64,000 nt of DNA from Patescibacteria group bacterium (GCA_038061225.1 JBBTZT010000003.1:257515-321514); one strand, 5' to 3'; positions 18,554 through 28,855 are shown, counted from the first letter of the stretch. Numbers and translations are program-made. Notes: a model not told the origin generated them from the letters alone.

Positions 18554-19585
18554 ATGTCAAACGTAATAAAATGCAAGAATTGTGGAACTGAAATAGATGT
18601 TGGAGAGCAATTGGCTCATGATATTAAAGAATCTGTTGTTCTTGAGGAAAGAAAAAAAGCACAAGAAGAAGTAGATATTGTACGACGAAAGTTCAATACT
18701 GATATGGGCAAGCTTCTTGACGAAATTAAAACTTTGCGTGAGAAAGATCAAATGAGAGATTTGGAAATGAAGAAAAAACTTCTAGAAAGTGAGGAAACAA
18801 TTAAAAATGATTTAAAAATTAAACTTGAAGATGAACATAGATTAAAAGATTTGGAAAATTATAAGAAAATGCAAGATGTTTTGAAAGCTAATGAAGAATT
18901 AAAAAGAAAATTAGAACAAGGATCACAACAAACACAAGGTGAAGTATTAGAACTAACTATAGAGAAAAAATTACGTCAGGATTATCCACAAGATGAAATA
19001 AAAGAAGTTAAAAAGGGAGTAAAAGGAGCTGATGTTATCCAAATTGTTATTGATAAAAAAGGGCAAAAATGTGGAAGCTTACTTTGGGAATCAAAAAATG
19101 CTAAGTGGAGTGAAACATGGATAACAAAACTTAAAGAAGATCAAAGACAGGCCAAGGCAGACCTAGCTATACTTGTCTCAGTTGATTTGCCAGAAGACAT
19201 TAAAGAAAAAGGAATTGGTTATAAAAACGGTATTTGGATATGTGGTGCAACTAATTTTAATCAACTGGCAATGTCTTTAAGATTTAATTTAGTTAATATT
19301 TACTATGAAAAACAAAACGCTGTAGGAGTAGATGAGAAAATGAAAGTACTATATGAGTATTTAACAGGAAATGAATTTAAACATAGAGTAGAGGGAATTG
19401 TGGAAGCTTTTGGAACACTTCAGGACGACATCGAAAGAGAAAAAAGGTGGTTTAGTGCAAAATGGGCAAGACAAGAAAAAGAAATTAGAAAAGTAATTGA
19501 TCATACACATGGAATGTATGGTGATCTTCAAGGTGTTACAGGTAGGGCACTTCCTGAAATAAAATCATTGGAATTAGAAGAATAA
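18554..19585 (+). CDS. DUF2130-like protein: N-terminal CxxC, long coiled coil, C-terminal restriction-endonuclease-like (PD-(D/E)XK-like) domain
   Basis: CKNCGTEI at the N-terminus; an E/K-rich heptad region about 100 aa long; C-terminal GADVIQIV...LLWESKNAKWS (D...ExK-like). Assigned to DUF2130 from memory of the family architecture. Confidence 0.45.
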   Translation: MSNVIKCKNCGTEIDVGEQLAHDIKESVVLEERKKAQEEVDIVRRKFNTDMGKLLDEIKTLREKDQMRDLEMKKKLLESEETIKNDLKIKLEDEHRLKDLENYKKMQDVLKANEELKRKLEQGSQQTQGEVLELTIEKKLRQDYPQDEIKEVKKGVKGADVIQIVIDKKGQKCGSLLWESKNAKWSETWITKLKEDQRQAKADLAILVSVDLPEDIKEKGIGYKNGIWICGATNFNQLAMSLRFNLVNIYYEKQNAVGVDEKMKVLYEYLTGNEFKHRVEGIVEAFGTLQDDIEREKRWFSAKWARQEKEIRKVIDHTHGMYGDLQGVTGRALPEIKSLELEE

Positions 19586-19627
19586 ACAACCTCTTGACTT
19601 CGGTTTTGATTGGGGTTAAATTAAATT

Positions 19628-20624
19628 ATGACAACTTCTAAAATTAAAATTCAAAATAATACTTTCAAAGAAGTGATGATTTACCAGACTCCAGACAAGA
19701 GTGTAAAAGTCGAGATTTATTTAAAGGATGAAAATTTATGGCTAACTCAGATTAGAATAGCTGAATTGTTTGGCGTTGAAAGAAGTGTTGTCACAAAGCA
19801 TTTAAAGAATATTTTTTATGAACGAGAGTTAGATTTAAAAAGCAATGTGCAAAAAATGCACATTGCTAAGTCTGATAAACCAGTTAAATACTATAATCTT
19901 AATGTAATTATTGCTGTTGGGTATAGAATCAACTCAATTAAGGCCACAAAATTTCGTATTTGGGCTACTCAAGTTTTAAAGGAATACATAGGACGATGAA
20001 AGATTAAAAGATCCTGATCAAATATTTGGTAAGGATTACTTTGAAGAGCAGCTCGCGAGAATCAGAAATATCCGTTCAAGCGAGAGAAGGATGTATCAAA
20101 AGATTACTGATATCTATGCAGAATGCAGTGCCGACTATGATCCAAATAGTGATATGACCAAAGACTTTTTTGCTACAGTTCAGAATAAACTGCATTTTGC
20201 TATTACTGGTCAAACCGCCGCAGAAATTATAGCTAAGAGAATTGGTAATAAAAAGTTAAATATGGGATTAACAAATTGGAAAAATGGACCAAAAGGCAAA
20301 ATTAGAGAAACTGATGTGGTAATTGCAAAGAATTATTTAAATGAAATAGAGCTGGATAAATTAAACAGAATTGTAACTGTTTACTTAGATTATGCAGATA
20401 TGATGGCAAAAGATAGGATTGTTATATATATGGAAGATTGGATCAAGAAACTGGATGCTTTTCTTAAATTTAGTGAGAAGGACATACTTTCAGATAATGG
20501 AAAAGTAAGTTATGAAGTTGCAGAACAATTGGCATTGGGAGAATATAAAAAGTTTAGAATTAAACAAGACAAAAATTATATCTCAGATTTTGATAGAGAA
20601 GTTAAAAAACTTTTAAAAAAATAG
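19628..20624 (+). pseudogene. rhuM: rhuM-family (virulence RhuM) gene disrupted by a frameshifting deletion
   Basis: ORF 19628-19999 carries the RhuM N-terminal part (...QIRIAELFGVERSVVTKHLKNIF...). ORF 20091-20624 carries the C-terminal part (YQKITDIYA...). The +1-frame translation of the gap (DDERLKDPDQIFGKDYFEEQLARIRNIRSSERR) is also RhuM. About 14 nt encoding IKGFVL appear to be missing at about 19990. Confidence 0.75.
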
Positions 20625-21064
20625 CAAAAACTAGAACTGGGATTCGAAAACTTGTTCTGTCTTATAACTCCTAACTTTAAGAATTTGAAGTGTTGGGTCA
20701 GTAACTTTATAGTCCGAGTTTTCTGCAACAAACAACCCGATTCCAATGTGCGGAATATAACCCAAATCTTTTCTGAAAAATGGAGCCAATATACCAGTAT
20801 AAAGCTTATCGTGAAGGGCAATCACAATGATCCCAAGATTTATCTAATCCTAGTAAATGAATTTTAAAAGACCTCTCATCTTTAACTTAATTATCGGTTT
20901 ATGTAAGTTTCTACTAATTTAGCCTTGAAGTTTCCTAATTCCTCATAATAGGTCACTTTTACCCCTTATTTACCTTCTTTTAACTATTGTTAACTAAGCA
21001 TTTTAGCTGTACAATTATGCATAATAGGAATTATCTAAAAGTAATACTTTTTTGACGACCAAAA

Positions 21065-21259
21065 ATGCCAAAAGACGATAAAAGGTTGCCGGAACTATTA
21101 ACCATTGCGCAGGTGGCGAAAATTCTTAATGTCCACCCGACTACGCTTAGGCGGTGGGATAAGAAAGGAAAGTTAAAAGCCATTCGTGTAGGCACGAGAC
21201 GCGGTGTTGGCGAAAGACGCTATCACCGAGAGGATATTATAAAGTTAATAACAAAGTAA
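21065..21259 (+). CDS. excisionase-family HTH DNA-binding protein (Xis/AlpA-like)
   Basis: LLTIAQVAKILNVHPTTLRRWDKKGKLKAIRVGTRRGVGERRYHREDI matches the excisionase-family HTH consensus. Confidence 0.75.
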   Translation: MPKDDKRLPELLTIAQVAKILNVHPTTLRRWDKKGKLKAIRVGTRRGVGERRYHREDIIKLITK

Positions 21260-21263
21260 ATTT

Positions 21264-24200
21264 ATGTATACGCCGAATAAATCAATTATTGATAATGATA
21301 AAATTAAGCTCTTTACAGAGTTAAAGAACATTCTTAATGACCAGCCTAGCAACTTTGACGTAGCTACCGGCTATTTTAATGTTGGAGGCTTCGAGTTAGT
21401 CGCCCAAGAAATAAAAAATGTCAAAAAGTTCAGATTATTACTTGGAAAGTCACCAAGTGTTGATGACAAGTTGGTACCGGATTTATTCGAGCCAGTAGCG
21501 TTTTATAAGACCAATCTTAAAGAAGACCTCGAAAACGAAGAATTTACCTCTAAAAAGTCTCAGGCGGTCAAAAACCTCATAGCTTTTCTTGAAAAGCAGG
21601 ATGTTGAAGTTAAACTACTGGAAAAACCCTTTCTTCATGGCAAGGCTTACATTTTTAATGATCTGGCTATCATTGGCTCTAGCAACTTCACTTATTCGGG
21701 ACTTGCCGGCAATACAGAATTAAACGCAGTGCTCATTGATCCGCACCCCGTTTATCTTAAAAAAGAATGGTTTGATAAGTTTTGGGAGCAAGCCCGCGAT
21801 TTTAAGCAAGAGCTTATTGAAATCCTCAAAAGCTCAAAGTTAGGTACAAGGGAATACTCGCCTTACGAAGTTTATATTAAAGCGCTCTATGAACTTCAAA
21901 AGAAAGAGCTGGAACCTACGGAAGCCCCCAGAAACGAGCGTTTGCCCGAAAGCGTAGTAGATTTAGCAACATTTCAAGAAGACGCGGTTAATCGTGTGTA
22001 CTCATCGCTCACCAACTATAATGGCGTCTTAGTTGCTGATTCTGTCGGTCTTGGTAAAACATGGATTGCAAAAAAAGTCATTGAGGACTTTGGTTTTTAT
22101 AGAAGACGTAAGTTCTTGGTTATATGTCCAGCTTCACTTCACCGAATGTGGCAAGCTGAGCTTAAAGACTTGGGTGTTTCAGAAAATATCATCCATCAAG
22201 AGTATTTAGGAGGAGAAGGCTTGGACTTTGAAGATTTAGAGAAACGCCATCAGATAAAGTTTGCCGATATCTCCCTCATTGTAATTGACGAGTCTCACAA
22301 CTTCAGAAATCCCATATCTAACCGCTATGAAAACCTTTTTTCACTTATAGAAAAAATTCGCTCATTCGGTAAAACCCCAAAGGTAATTTTAATGACTGCA
22401 ACTCCAATGAATAACACTATTTGGGACTTTTACTTTCAACTTATGCTTATTGGTCAAAACAATAAGCGCATGTTTATTAAGCAAGGAATTTTTGACTTGC
22501 AAAAAGAGTTTAGCAAAGCCCAGAAAGGAAATACCAACCACATTAACGATGTTTTGCAATCAATCTCCATTCGTAGAACACGCCAATATATTAGAGAAAA
22601 CTACAAAGATGCAAAATTCAAAACAGAGACAGGGGAATACAAAAAGATTGAATTCCCAGATAGAAAACTGGAAGAAGTACACTATTCTCTTGATAAAGCC
22701 TATGATGGCCTCTATGCCGAGATTTCGCGCAAGATAGAAGCCGATTTGACTCTTGCTTACTACAAACTCTCCGAGTACAAAGTATCCGAGAAAAAAGATT
22801 TAGTAGAAGTCCACAGAGGACAGGCTTTAGCCGGTATCTTCCAAACAGTTCTTCTAAAAAGATTGGAAAGTTCAGTCGAGGCATTTCGCAAAAGCGTTAA
22901 AAGCCACAAAGAGTTCTTGGGTGAATTTAAAAATGTTGTCCAGAAAGGGAAAATACTACGCAAAAAGTTCTTCCTAAAATACATAAACAGTTTAGATGAA
23001 TCAATCGAGGATATAGATGGCTTGGGAGACTTTGGTAATAGCTTGGAAGATATAGACCTTAAAGACTACGACAAAGAGAAGATGTTTGCTGATATTGACC
23101 AAGATATTAAGGTTTTTTCAACTATTTATGAAGATATAAAAAATATAGATGAAAGCCAAGATGCAAAACTTATTAAATTTAAGGAACATTTACTCAAAAA
23201 TCTTAAAGAGGAAAAAGCCGTTATCTTCTCCTACTACTCCGACACTGTTAAGTATGTCGCTCAAGCATTAGATAAAGATGAGGATTTTAAGAAAAAGTAT
23301 GGTAAGAAGATAGCTTTCATTACTGGTGCTAATTCTTCAAACGAGCGCCAGACTATTATTGAAGATTTCTTAAACGGCAAGACAAATGTTGTTATTTCAA
23401 CCGATATTCTCTCCGAAGGTCAAAACTTGCAACAAGCAAAAACAGTTACTAATTACGATTTACATTGGAATCCGGTGAGAATGATTCAAAGAGCGGGAAG
23501 AATTGACCGTATTGGTACCCCTTTCAAAGAAATTATTATCTATAACTTTTACCCAGAGGATGAGTTGGAATCGCTCCTTGATCTAGTAGAAACCTTACAG
23601 AAAAAAATTATGATGATTAACGATACCATTGGTCTTGACGCCTCTGTTTTAGGTGAGCAGATAAACCCTAAAGTATTTGGTATTATACGGGACTTAAAAA
23701 GTGAGGAAGAAGAAACGAAAGATAAGACAATGGAACTTTTGGAAGCCGAGCAGTTCGGAGGCGGAGAACTTTTCTTCCAGCCCCTGAAAAACTTTGGACT
23801 GGATAAACTCCCCGCGTTTGCCGATGGTTTGCCTCACGGAATACAAAGTGGACTAAAGAAGGGTTATAGAGGCATTTTCTTTTATTTCCAGTATGCAGAG
23901 GAGTATCACTTCTGGTACCTGTACGATTTAATTGACAAAGAATTTAAAACCAACAAGACAGAAATTTTAGACTTTATAGCCTGCAAGCAAGTTGAGCGTC
24001 GAGTTGTCCCCGAAGATTACGATGTTTATTCAGCTCACGATGAAGTAAAAAATCGTATTGCAGAGCTTTTTAATGAAACAAGGTTTGAGGTTGAAATGCG
24101 TACTCCCTCCGGTAAGAAAGAAAAGTTTTTAATTGATATGCGGGATGAATTGGAACATATAAAAACAGAGGTTTTGTTTGAAGAAGATCAAAAGGAGAGA

Positions 24201-24431
24201 ACAAAAATAGAAGAAATTGTTACTAAGATAAACGAGGTCAACTTTACTAAAAAGCGTTTGCAGTATTTAAGGCGTTCTTGGCAGGCTTACAAAAAATCAC
24301 ATCAGAACTGGCGAAAACTGGTTGCAGAGCTTGGTGACTTTTTAGCGGACAAGGTTGAAACACCAACAGAAATTATTGAGGAATTTAATGACAAGAAACT
24401 CAAACTTATTTGCGTTGATTATATTTCATGA
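21264..24431 (+). CDS. fusion of an N-terminal PLD-family (HKD) nuclease domain and an SNF2-family helicase
   Basis: PLD motif FLHGKAYIFNDLAIIGSSNFT (HxK..D..GSxN). SNF2 motifs LVADSVGLGKTW (I), VIDESHNFRN (II), LMTATPMNN (III), ISTDILSEGQNLQ (V) and NPVRMIQRAGRIDRIG (VI). Confidence 0.85.
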   Translation: MYTPNKSIIDNDKIKLFTELKNILNDQPSNFDVATGYFNVGGFELVAQEIKNVKKFRLLLGKSPSVDDKLVPDLFEPVAFYKTNLKEDLENEEFTSKKSQAVKNLIAFLEKQDVEVKLLEKPFLHGKAYIFNDLAIIGSSNFTYSGLAGNTELNAVLIDPHPVYLKKEWFDKFWEQARDFKQELIEILKSSKLGTREYSPYEVYIKALYELQKKELEPTEAPRNERLPESVVDLATFQEDAVNRVYSSLTNYNGVLVADSVGLGKTWIAKKVIEDFGFYRRRKFLVICPASLHRMWQAELKDLGVSENIIHQEYLGGEGLDFEDLEKRHQIKFADISLIVIDESHNFRNPISNRYENLFSLIEKIRSFGKTPKVILMTATPMNNTIWDFYFQLMLIGQNNKRMFIKQGIFDLQKEFSKAQKGNTNHINDVLQSISIRRTRQYIRENYKDAKFKTETGEYKKIEFPDRKLEEVHYSLDKAYDGLYAEISRKIEADLTLAYYKLSEYKVSEKKDLVEVHRGQALAGIFQTVLLKRLESSVEAFRKSVKSHKEFLGEFKNVVQKGKILRKKFFLKYINSLDESIEDIDGLGDFGNSLEDIDLKDYDKEKMFADIDQDIKVFSTIYEDIKNIDESQDAKLIKFKEHLLKNLKEEKAVIFSYYSDTVKYVAQALDKDEDFKKKYGKKIAFITGANSSNERQTIIEDFLNGKTNVVISTDILSEGQNLQQAKTVTNYDLHWNPVRMIQRAGRIDRIGTPFKEIIIYNFYPEDELESLLDLVETLQKKIMMINDTIGLDASVLGEQINPKVFGIIRDLKSEEEETKDKTMELLEAEQFGGGELFFQPLKNFGLDKLPAFADGLPHGIQSGLKKGYRGIFFYFQYAEEYHFWYLYDLIDKEFKTNKTEILDFIACKQVERRVVPEDYDVYSAHDEVKNRIAELFNETRFEVEMRTPSGKKEKFLIDMRDELEHIKTEVLFEEDQKERTKIEEIVTKINEVNFTKKRLQYLRRSWQAYKKSHQNWRKLVAELGDFLADKVETPTEIIEEFNDKKLKLICVDYIS

Positions 24432-24434
24432 GTT

Positions 24435-27400
24435 ATGGGAACAAATATAGACTTAGACGAATTTTTGCCAACAATGGATGCACCGGACAAGGTGTATCAA
24501 CTTTTCGAATCTCTTGGTTTTAAGGTACTCGATTCTCACCTCAAGACAAACCCGTCAGTTTATAACTTACCGGTCAAAGAAGCCGCATTAGTTGAGAAGA
24601 TTTATGCAGTCTCAAATTATGACCGCCGTTTTCAGATTCTTTTATTTAAACTCAAAGAGGAAAACAAAGAAGCAATCCGTACAATACCGGAGAAAATTTT
24701 ACGCGAGGTAGACTTCCCTTTCATTATCTTTACCCCAGATTTTAAGACTTACACTTTTACTCTTGTTGAAAAAGTCCGTGAGGGACCCGGAGAGTTCAAA
24801 CGCAAACTCACAAAACTTGTAGTTGATAGCAGTCAGCCCTATCACACGGACAAAGAAATACTAGGAAGCCTTGCGCTATCTGTTGATACCAAAAACCCCG
24901 TTGAGGTTTATAAAATGTTTCAAAGCGCTTTTAGCGTTGAGAAAGTCACTAAGAAATTCTTTACCGAATATCGGGAAGTTTTTGAAAGATTAGTAGGAGA
25001 AGTTACTAAGCAGAATAAGCACCTGAAATTTACGCTTTTTTCCAGAGATGCTTCTGTAGAAAACTTTGTCAAAATACTTTTAGGTCGTTTAATGTTTCTC
25101 TACTTTATACAAAAGAGGGGCTGGCTTAACTGCTTTGATGGTTGGGGTAGCGGAGATAAAAAGTTTCTCTATAATAAATTTCAAGAGGCAAAGAAAGAAA
25201 AGAAAAACTATTTTAAGGATTACCTCGAACCGCTTTTCTTTGACACTCTCAACAATCCCCGCCGCGATAAGCCAGATCAAGCAACACAGTTTGGCGGTAG
25301 AATCCCTTTCCTAAACGGAGGACTATTTGAACCAGAGTACGACTATCAAGATGTAAGAAATCACATACTTTTAGAAAACTCCACCTTTGATGATGTTTTC
25401 TCGGTTTTTGAGAAATATAACTTTACTGTTAAAGAGGATGAGCCGCTTGAAAAAGAAGTAGCCATTGACCCTGAAATGTTGGGTAAGGTTTTTGAAAATC
25501 TCTTGGAGGAAAACTTACGTAAAGGCAAGGGCACGTATTACACCCCTCGAGAAATCGTCCACTACATGTGCCATGAAAGCCTTATAAACTATCTGGCTTC
25601 CGAAGTTAGCCTAGATCAAGATGTGATAAGGAATTTCTTGGATCGTGAGCAGTCCCTAGAAAAGAAGGAAACTTTAAGTTCTGCTATAAGAGAGAAAGCA
25701 AAGGAAATAGACGAAAAATTAGCTGATATTAAGGTTTTAGACCCTGCCTGCGGTTCTGGCGCTTTCTTGGTTGGTATGCTCCACGAAGTTATAAATGCCC
25801 GCCTAAGTCTTAATCGGGAGCTTGGGCGCAGTCTCTCGGAGTATGAAGTTAAAAAAGCAACAATTCAAAATAATATCTATGGTGTAGATATTGACCCCGG
25901 AGCTTCTGAAATTGCCAAACTTCGTTTATGGTTGACACTTGTTGTTGACCACAATCTCTCCGAAATAGAACCGCTCCCTAATCTTGACTATAAAATTATG
26001 GTCGGTAATTCACTACTCGATGAATTTATGGGCGTAAAACTCTTTAATCCCGAGAACGCAAAAGCTCAAGCAAATGGTAAGAAAATGATTAGTCTTTTTG
26101 ACGAAGATTCACAAGTTTCACTCTTTGAAAATGATGATAAAAAAACAAGTGTCCTAAAAGCCTTGCAAGGGCTACATGCTTTATATTTCAAAGAGTCTGA
26201 CCCCGAAAAGAAGAAGCAAATTAGAACTCAAATAGACAAGATTGAGTTTGATCTTATCGAGGCAACTGTTAATGATGAAGTATCACAACTGGAAAGAAAA
26301 ACTAAAGGAATTGTTGAACCGTATTTGTCTCATGGTATAGGAATTCCAGCGAAAGAAGCGGAGAGAATTTCAAAACTAAGTTCTCAACAAGGACAGATTT
26401 TAGAAACTTTTAATGAGATAAAGAAAAGTAATGTTAAACCATTTTTCTTGTTTCAACTCCATTTCTCCGATGTTTTTGAAAAGAAAGGCGGGTTTGATAT
26501 TGTTATCGCAAACCCACCTTATATGAAAGAGAGAGATAATAAAAAGGTTTTTGAAATAGTCAATAATTCTAGTTTTGGTAAAAAGTATCATCAAGGGAAA
26601 ATGGATTACTGGTATTATTTCTTGCATAAAGCTATTGATATCACAAAAGATAACGGGTTCATCTCCTATATAACGTCTCGGTACTGGATAAATAGTTATG
26701 GTGCAAAAAAACTTATTGAAAGAGTTAATAAAGAGTTATCTTTTGTAAACTTCGTTGATATTGGTAAGTTGAAGGTATTTGATGAAGTAGCTGGCTACCA
26801 TATGATTGCTGTTTATAAAAAGACAGTAGATATTGATCTGTTTACTTATAAAAAACTTCAAAACGAAATTAGTGATATAAGTAAAAGTTCTAATACTGAA
26901 AACCTAGAAATAAAAACATTATCAAAGAAGGAAATATTTACTGATAATGACGAGATTATTTTGGAAACCGATGGTTTAAAATATGATAATGTTGTTTTAT
27001 TAGGTTCAATCGCAGATACCTCGGTTGGAGTTCAAGAATCCCCTGACAAAATTAATAGTAAGCTCCTTCTAAGTGCAAAGCGAACAGATATATCTGTTGG
27101 TGATGGTGTTTTTGTTTTATCGCAAAAAGAATTAGATAACCTACGGCTAAAAGAGATTGGCCGACTGCCAATAATTAAAAAATATTTAGACCCTAATGAT
27201 GTGTACCGTTATCGAGTTAGTTGGAAAAGTAAGTATCTCATTTATTCTGACAATAAAATTAAGGAGGACATTAAAAGTAACAAGGAATACATTAGTATCA
27301 AGAATCATTTAGACAAATTTAGAGAATTTATTTCCTCTTCAAACAAGCCTTACGGGTTACATAGATCACGCGACATAAAGTATTTTATAGAACCCAAGAT

Positions 27401-27827
27401 TATATTTAAAAATATGTTTATCATGCCCGATTTTACCTACGATGATAAAGGATACTTTTTTGGATTTTCTTTTTCTTCAATAATTCAAAAAGATAAAACT
27501 TTTGACTTGAAATACATTCTAGGTATTTTAAATTCAAAAGTTGCATTTAATTGGTTCCAAAAGAACGGAAAAAGAAGGGGTGCTGGGTTTGATATTGGTG
27601 TTGAAAAACTAAGGCTTTTTCCGATCAAGAAAATTACGCTCCAAGAACAAAAACCAATTATCGAAATTGTCGACAAACTTCTAGATATCACAAAAGATGG
27701 TGATTATTTACAAAACCCCACAAGGCAAACTCAAGTTAAAGACTACGAAAAGCAAATTGACCAGTTAGTTTATAAACTCTATGGCCTAACGCCGGAGGAA
27801 ATTTTAGTTGTGGAGGATCAAAAATGA
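24435..27827 (+). CDS. large gamma-class N6-adenine DNA methyltransferase with a C-terminal TRD-like region (type IIG/Eco57I-like, PglX/DrmMI-like)
   Basis: Motif I VLDPACGSGAFLVGM followed by motif IV VIANPPYMKE (gamma order). N-terminal helical region with ILLGRLMFLYFIQKRGWL. C-terminal YKLYGLTPEEILVVE, typical of the type IIG/PglX family. 1130 aa. Confidence 0.85.
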   Translation: MGTNIDLDEFLPTMDAPDKVYQLFESLGFKVLDSHLKTNPSVYNLPVKEAALVEKIYAVSNYDRRFQILLFKLKEENKEAIRTIPEKILREVDFPFIIFTPDFKTYTFTLVEKVREGPGEFKRKLTKLVVDSSQPYHTDKEILGSLALSVDTKNPVEVYKMFQSAFSVEKVTKKFFTEYREVFERLVGEVTKQNKHLKFTLFSRDASVENFVKILLGRLMFLYFIQKRGWLNCFDGWGSGDKKFLYNKFQEAKKEKKNYFKDYLEPLFFDTLNNPRRDKPDQATQFGGRIPFLNGGLFEPEYDYQDVRNHILLENSTFDDVFSVFEKYNFTVKEDEPLEKEVAIDPEMLGKVFENLLEENLRKGKGTYYTPREIVHYMCHESLINYLASEVSLDQDVIRNFLDREQSLEKKETLSSAIREKAKEIDEKLADIKVLDPACGSGAFLVGMLHEVINARLSLNRELGRSLSEYEVKKATIQNNIYGVDIDPGASEIAKLRLWLTLVVDHNLSEIEPLPNLDYKIMVGNSLLDEFMGVKLFNPENAKAQANGKKMISLFDEDSQVSLFENDDKKTSVLKALQGLHALYFKESDPEKKKQIRTQIDKIEFDLIEATVNDEVSQLERKTKGIVEPYLSHGIGIPAKEAERISKLSSQQGQILETFNEIKKSNVKPFFLFQLHFSDVFEKKGGFDIVIANPPYMKERDNKKVFEIVNNSSFGKKYHQGKMDYWYYFLHKAIDITKDNGFISYITSRYWINSYGAKKLIERVNKELSFVNFVDIGKLKVFDEVAGYHMIAVYKKTVDIDLFTYKKLQNEISDISKSSNTENLEIKTLSKKEIFTDNDEIILETDGLKYDNVVLLGSIADTSVGVQESPDKINSKLLLSAKRTDISVGDGVFVLSQKELDNLRLKEIGRLPIIKKYLDPNDVYRYRVSWKSKYLIYSDNKIKEDIKSNKEYISIKNHLDKFREFISSSNKPYGLHRSRDIKYFIEPKIIFKNMFIMPDFTYDDKGYFFGFSFSSIIQKDKTFDLKYILGILNSKVAFNWFQKNGKRRGAGFDIGVEKLRLFPIKKITLQEQKPIIEIVDKLLDITKDGDYLQNPTRQTQVKDYEKQIDQLVYKLYGLTPEEILVVEDQK

Positions 27828-28855
27828 AAGCAGCAGAAAAACCAAAATATGTTCAAGAAGCACGGAAGTTACTAACTTCAATTGACATTAACCATTTGAT
27901 TTCAAACCCTAATGACCTCAGGGAAATAGACAAAATTAATCGTCTAGTAGCTATTTTTACTAACTTTTCTTCCAATGATGGTCAAGAATTGAAAAGACTC
28001 TTTCAAGAATTTCAAGAGACAGGAAGACGTAGTACTAGTTCGGGAACTATCAAAAATAGAGCCGTAGATGTAATCCAATTTATTGGCCAGAAGATTGAAG
28101 AAATGGATATTTATGTTATAGAACCTGATGAGAAACCACTATTAGAGACGCTGGAAAAATTAAGAAAAATTCAAAAACTAATTCAGGAAGGTTTAGCTCG
28201 GAGTGATGAAAAAACACAAATTATACGGGAGGCTCAAGAAAAATCTAAGTTGTTTAAGGACGATATCTACAAAAGGAAAGCGGAAAAGCTTTCAAAACAG
28301 ACCGTTTGGTCAAAGCAGAGTCATGATGGTTTCGTGGCCGCAGATGAATATGGCCAATTAACTCCTTGGATAGAATTGCTTGAAGATTATTTGGGAGAAG
28401 AAAAGCTCTTAATAAGAGAAAAGGTTATTGAAGATACAACCCCGTATGAAGGAAGAAAATTTCTGAGGTCTATCTTAGAGAAGGCTAACAATGAAGTGGT
28501 TGTGGTTGATAATTTTCTTTCCCACGAGATTTTGGCAATTATTGAACCATATGTATTAAAGGGGGTAGGCTTTAGGTTACTGACACGACAGGCGCACAAT
28601 AGTAAATTTAGGAGTTTTACAGCTGATTATAAAGTCTTTAGACTTCAGCACCAAAATAAAATAGCCGCCAAGGAAAACAAAAAATGCCATGACCGCTTTG
28701 TGATGGTTGATGGTCATATCATATATCATTTCGGAGCCAGCTTAGTTGAATTGGGAAATACCTTATCTGTGGCTCATTTAATTGAAGATCAAAAAGAGAA
28801 AGATAAACTGTTATCTAAATTTACCGATTGGTGGGATACGGGAAAGGACGTTTAA
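27824..28855 (+). CDS. hypothetical protein with a C-terminal degenerate PLD-like (HxRxxxxD...GAS) domain
   Basis: C-terminal HDRFVMVDGHIIYHFGASLVELGN aligns with HxKx4Dx6GSxN but has K->R. Preceded by VVVVDNFLSHEILAIIE. The N-terminal 200 aa are helical and unknown. Its start overlaps the MTase stop by 4 nt. Confidence 0.45.
   Translation: MKAAEKPKYVQEARKLLTSIDINHLISNPNDLREIDKINRLVAIFTNFSSNDGQELKRLFQEFQETGRRSTSSGTIKNRAVDVIQFIGQKIEEMDIYVIEPDEKPLLETLEKLRKIQKLIQEGLARSDEKTQIIREAQEKSKLFKDDIYKRKAEKLSKQTVWSKQSHDGFVAADEYGQLTPWIELLEDYLGEEKLLIREKVIEDTTPYEGRKFLRSILEKANNEVVVVDNFLSHEILAIIEPYVLKGVGFRLLTRQAHNSKFRSFTADYKVFRLQHQNKIAAKENKKCHDRFVMVDGHIIYHFGASLVELGNTLSVAHLIEDQKEKDKLLSKFTDWWDTGKDV

Noticed and set aside
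20631-20825. 64-aa minus-strand ORF (MIALHDKLYTGILAPFFRKDLGYIPHIGIG...).
   Set aside because: It looks like the N-terminus of a larger protein, but I cannot assign a family. It is treated as a probable gene remnant in the island's non-coding stretch rather than a feature.
22450-22984. Several small ORFs on both strands.
   Set aside because: They lie inside the SNF2 helicase gene in alternative frames and are shadow ORFs.
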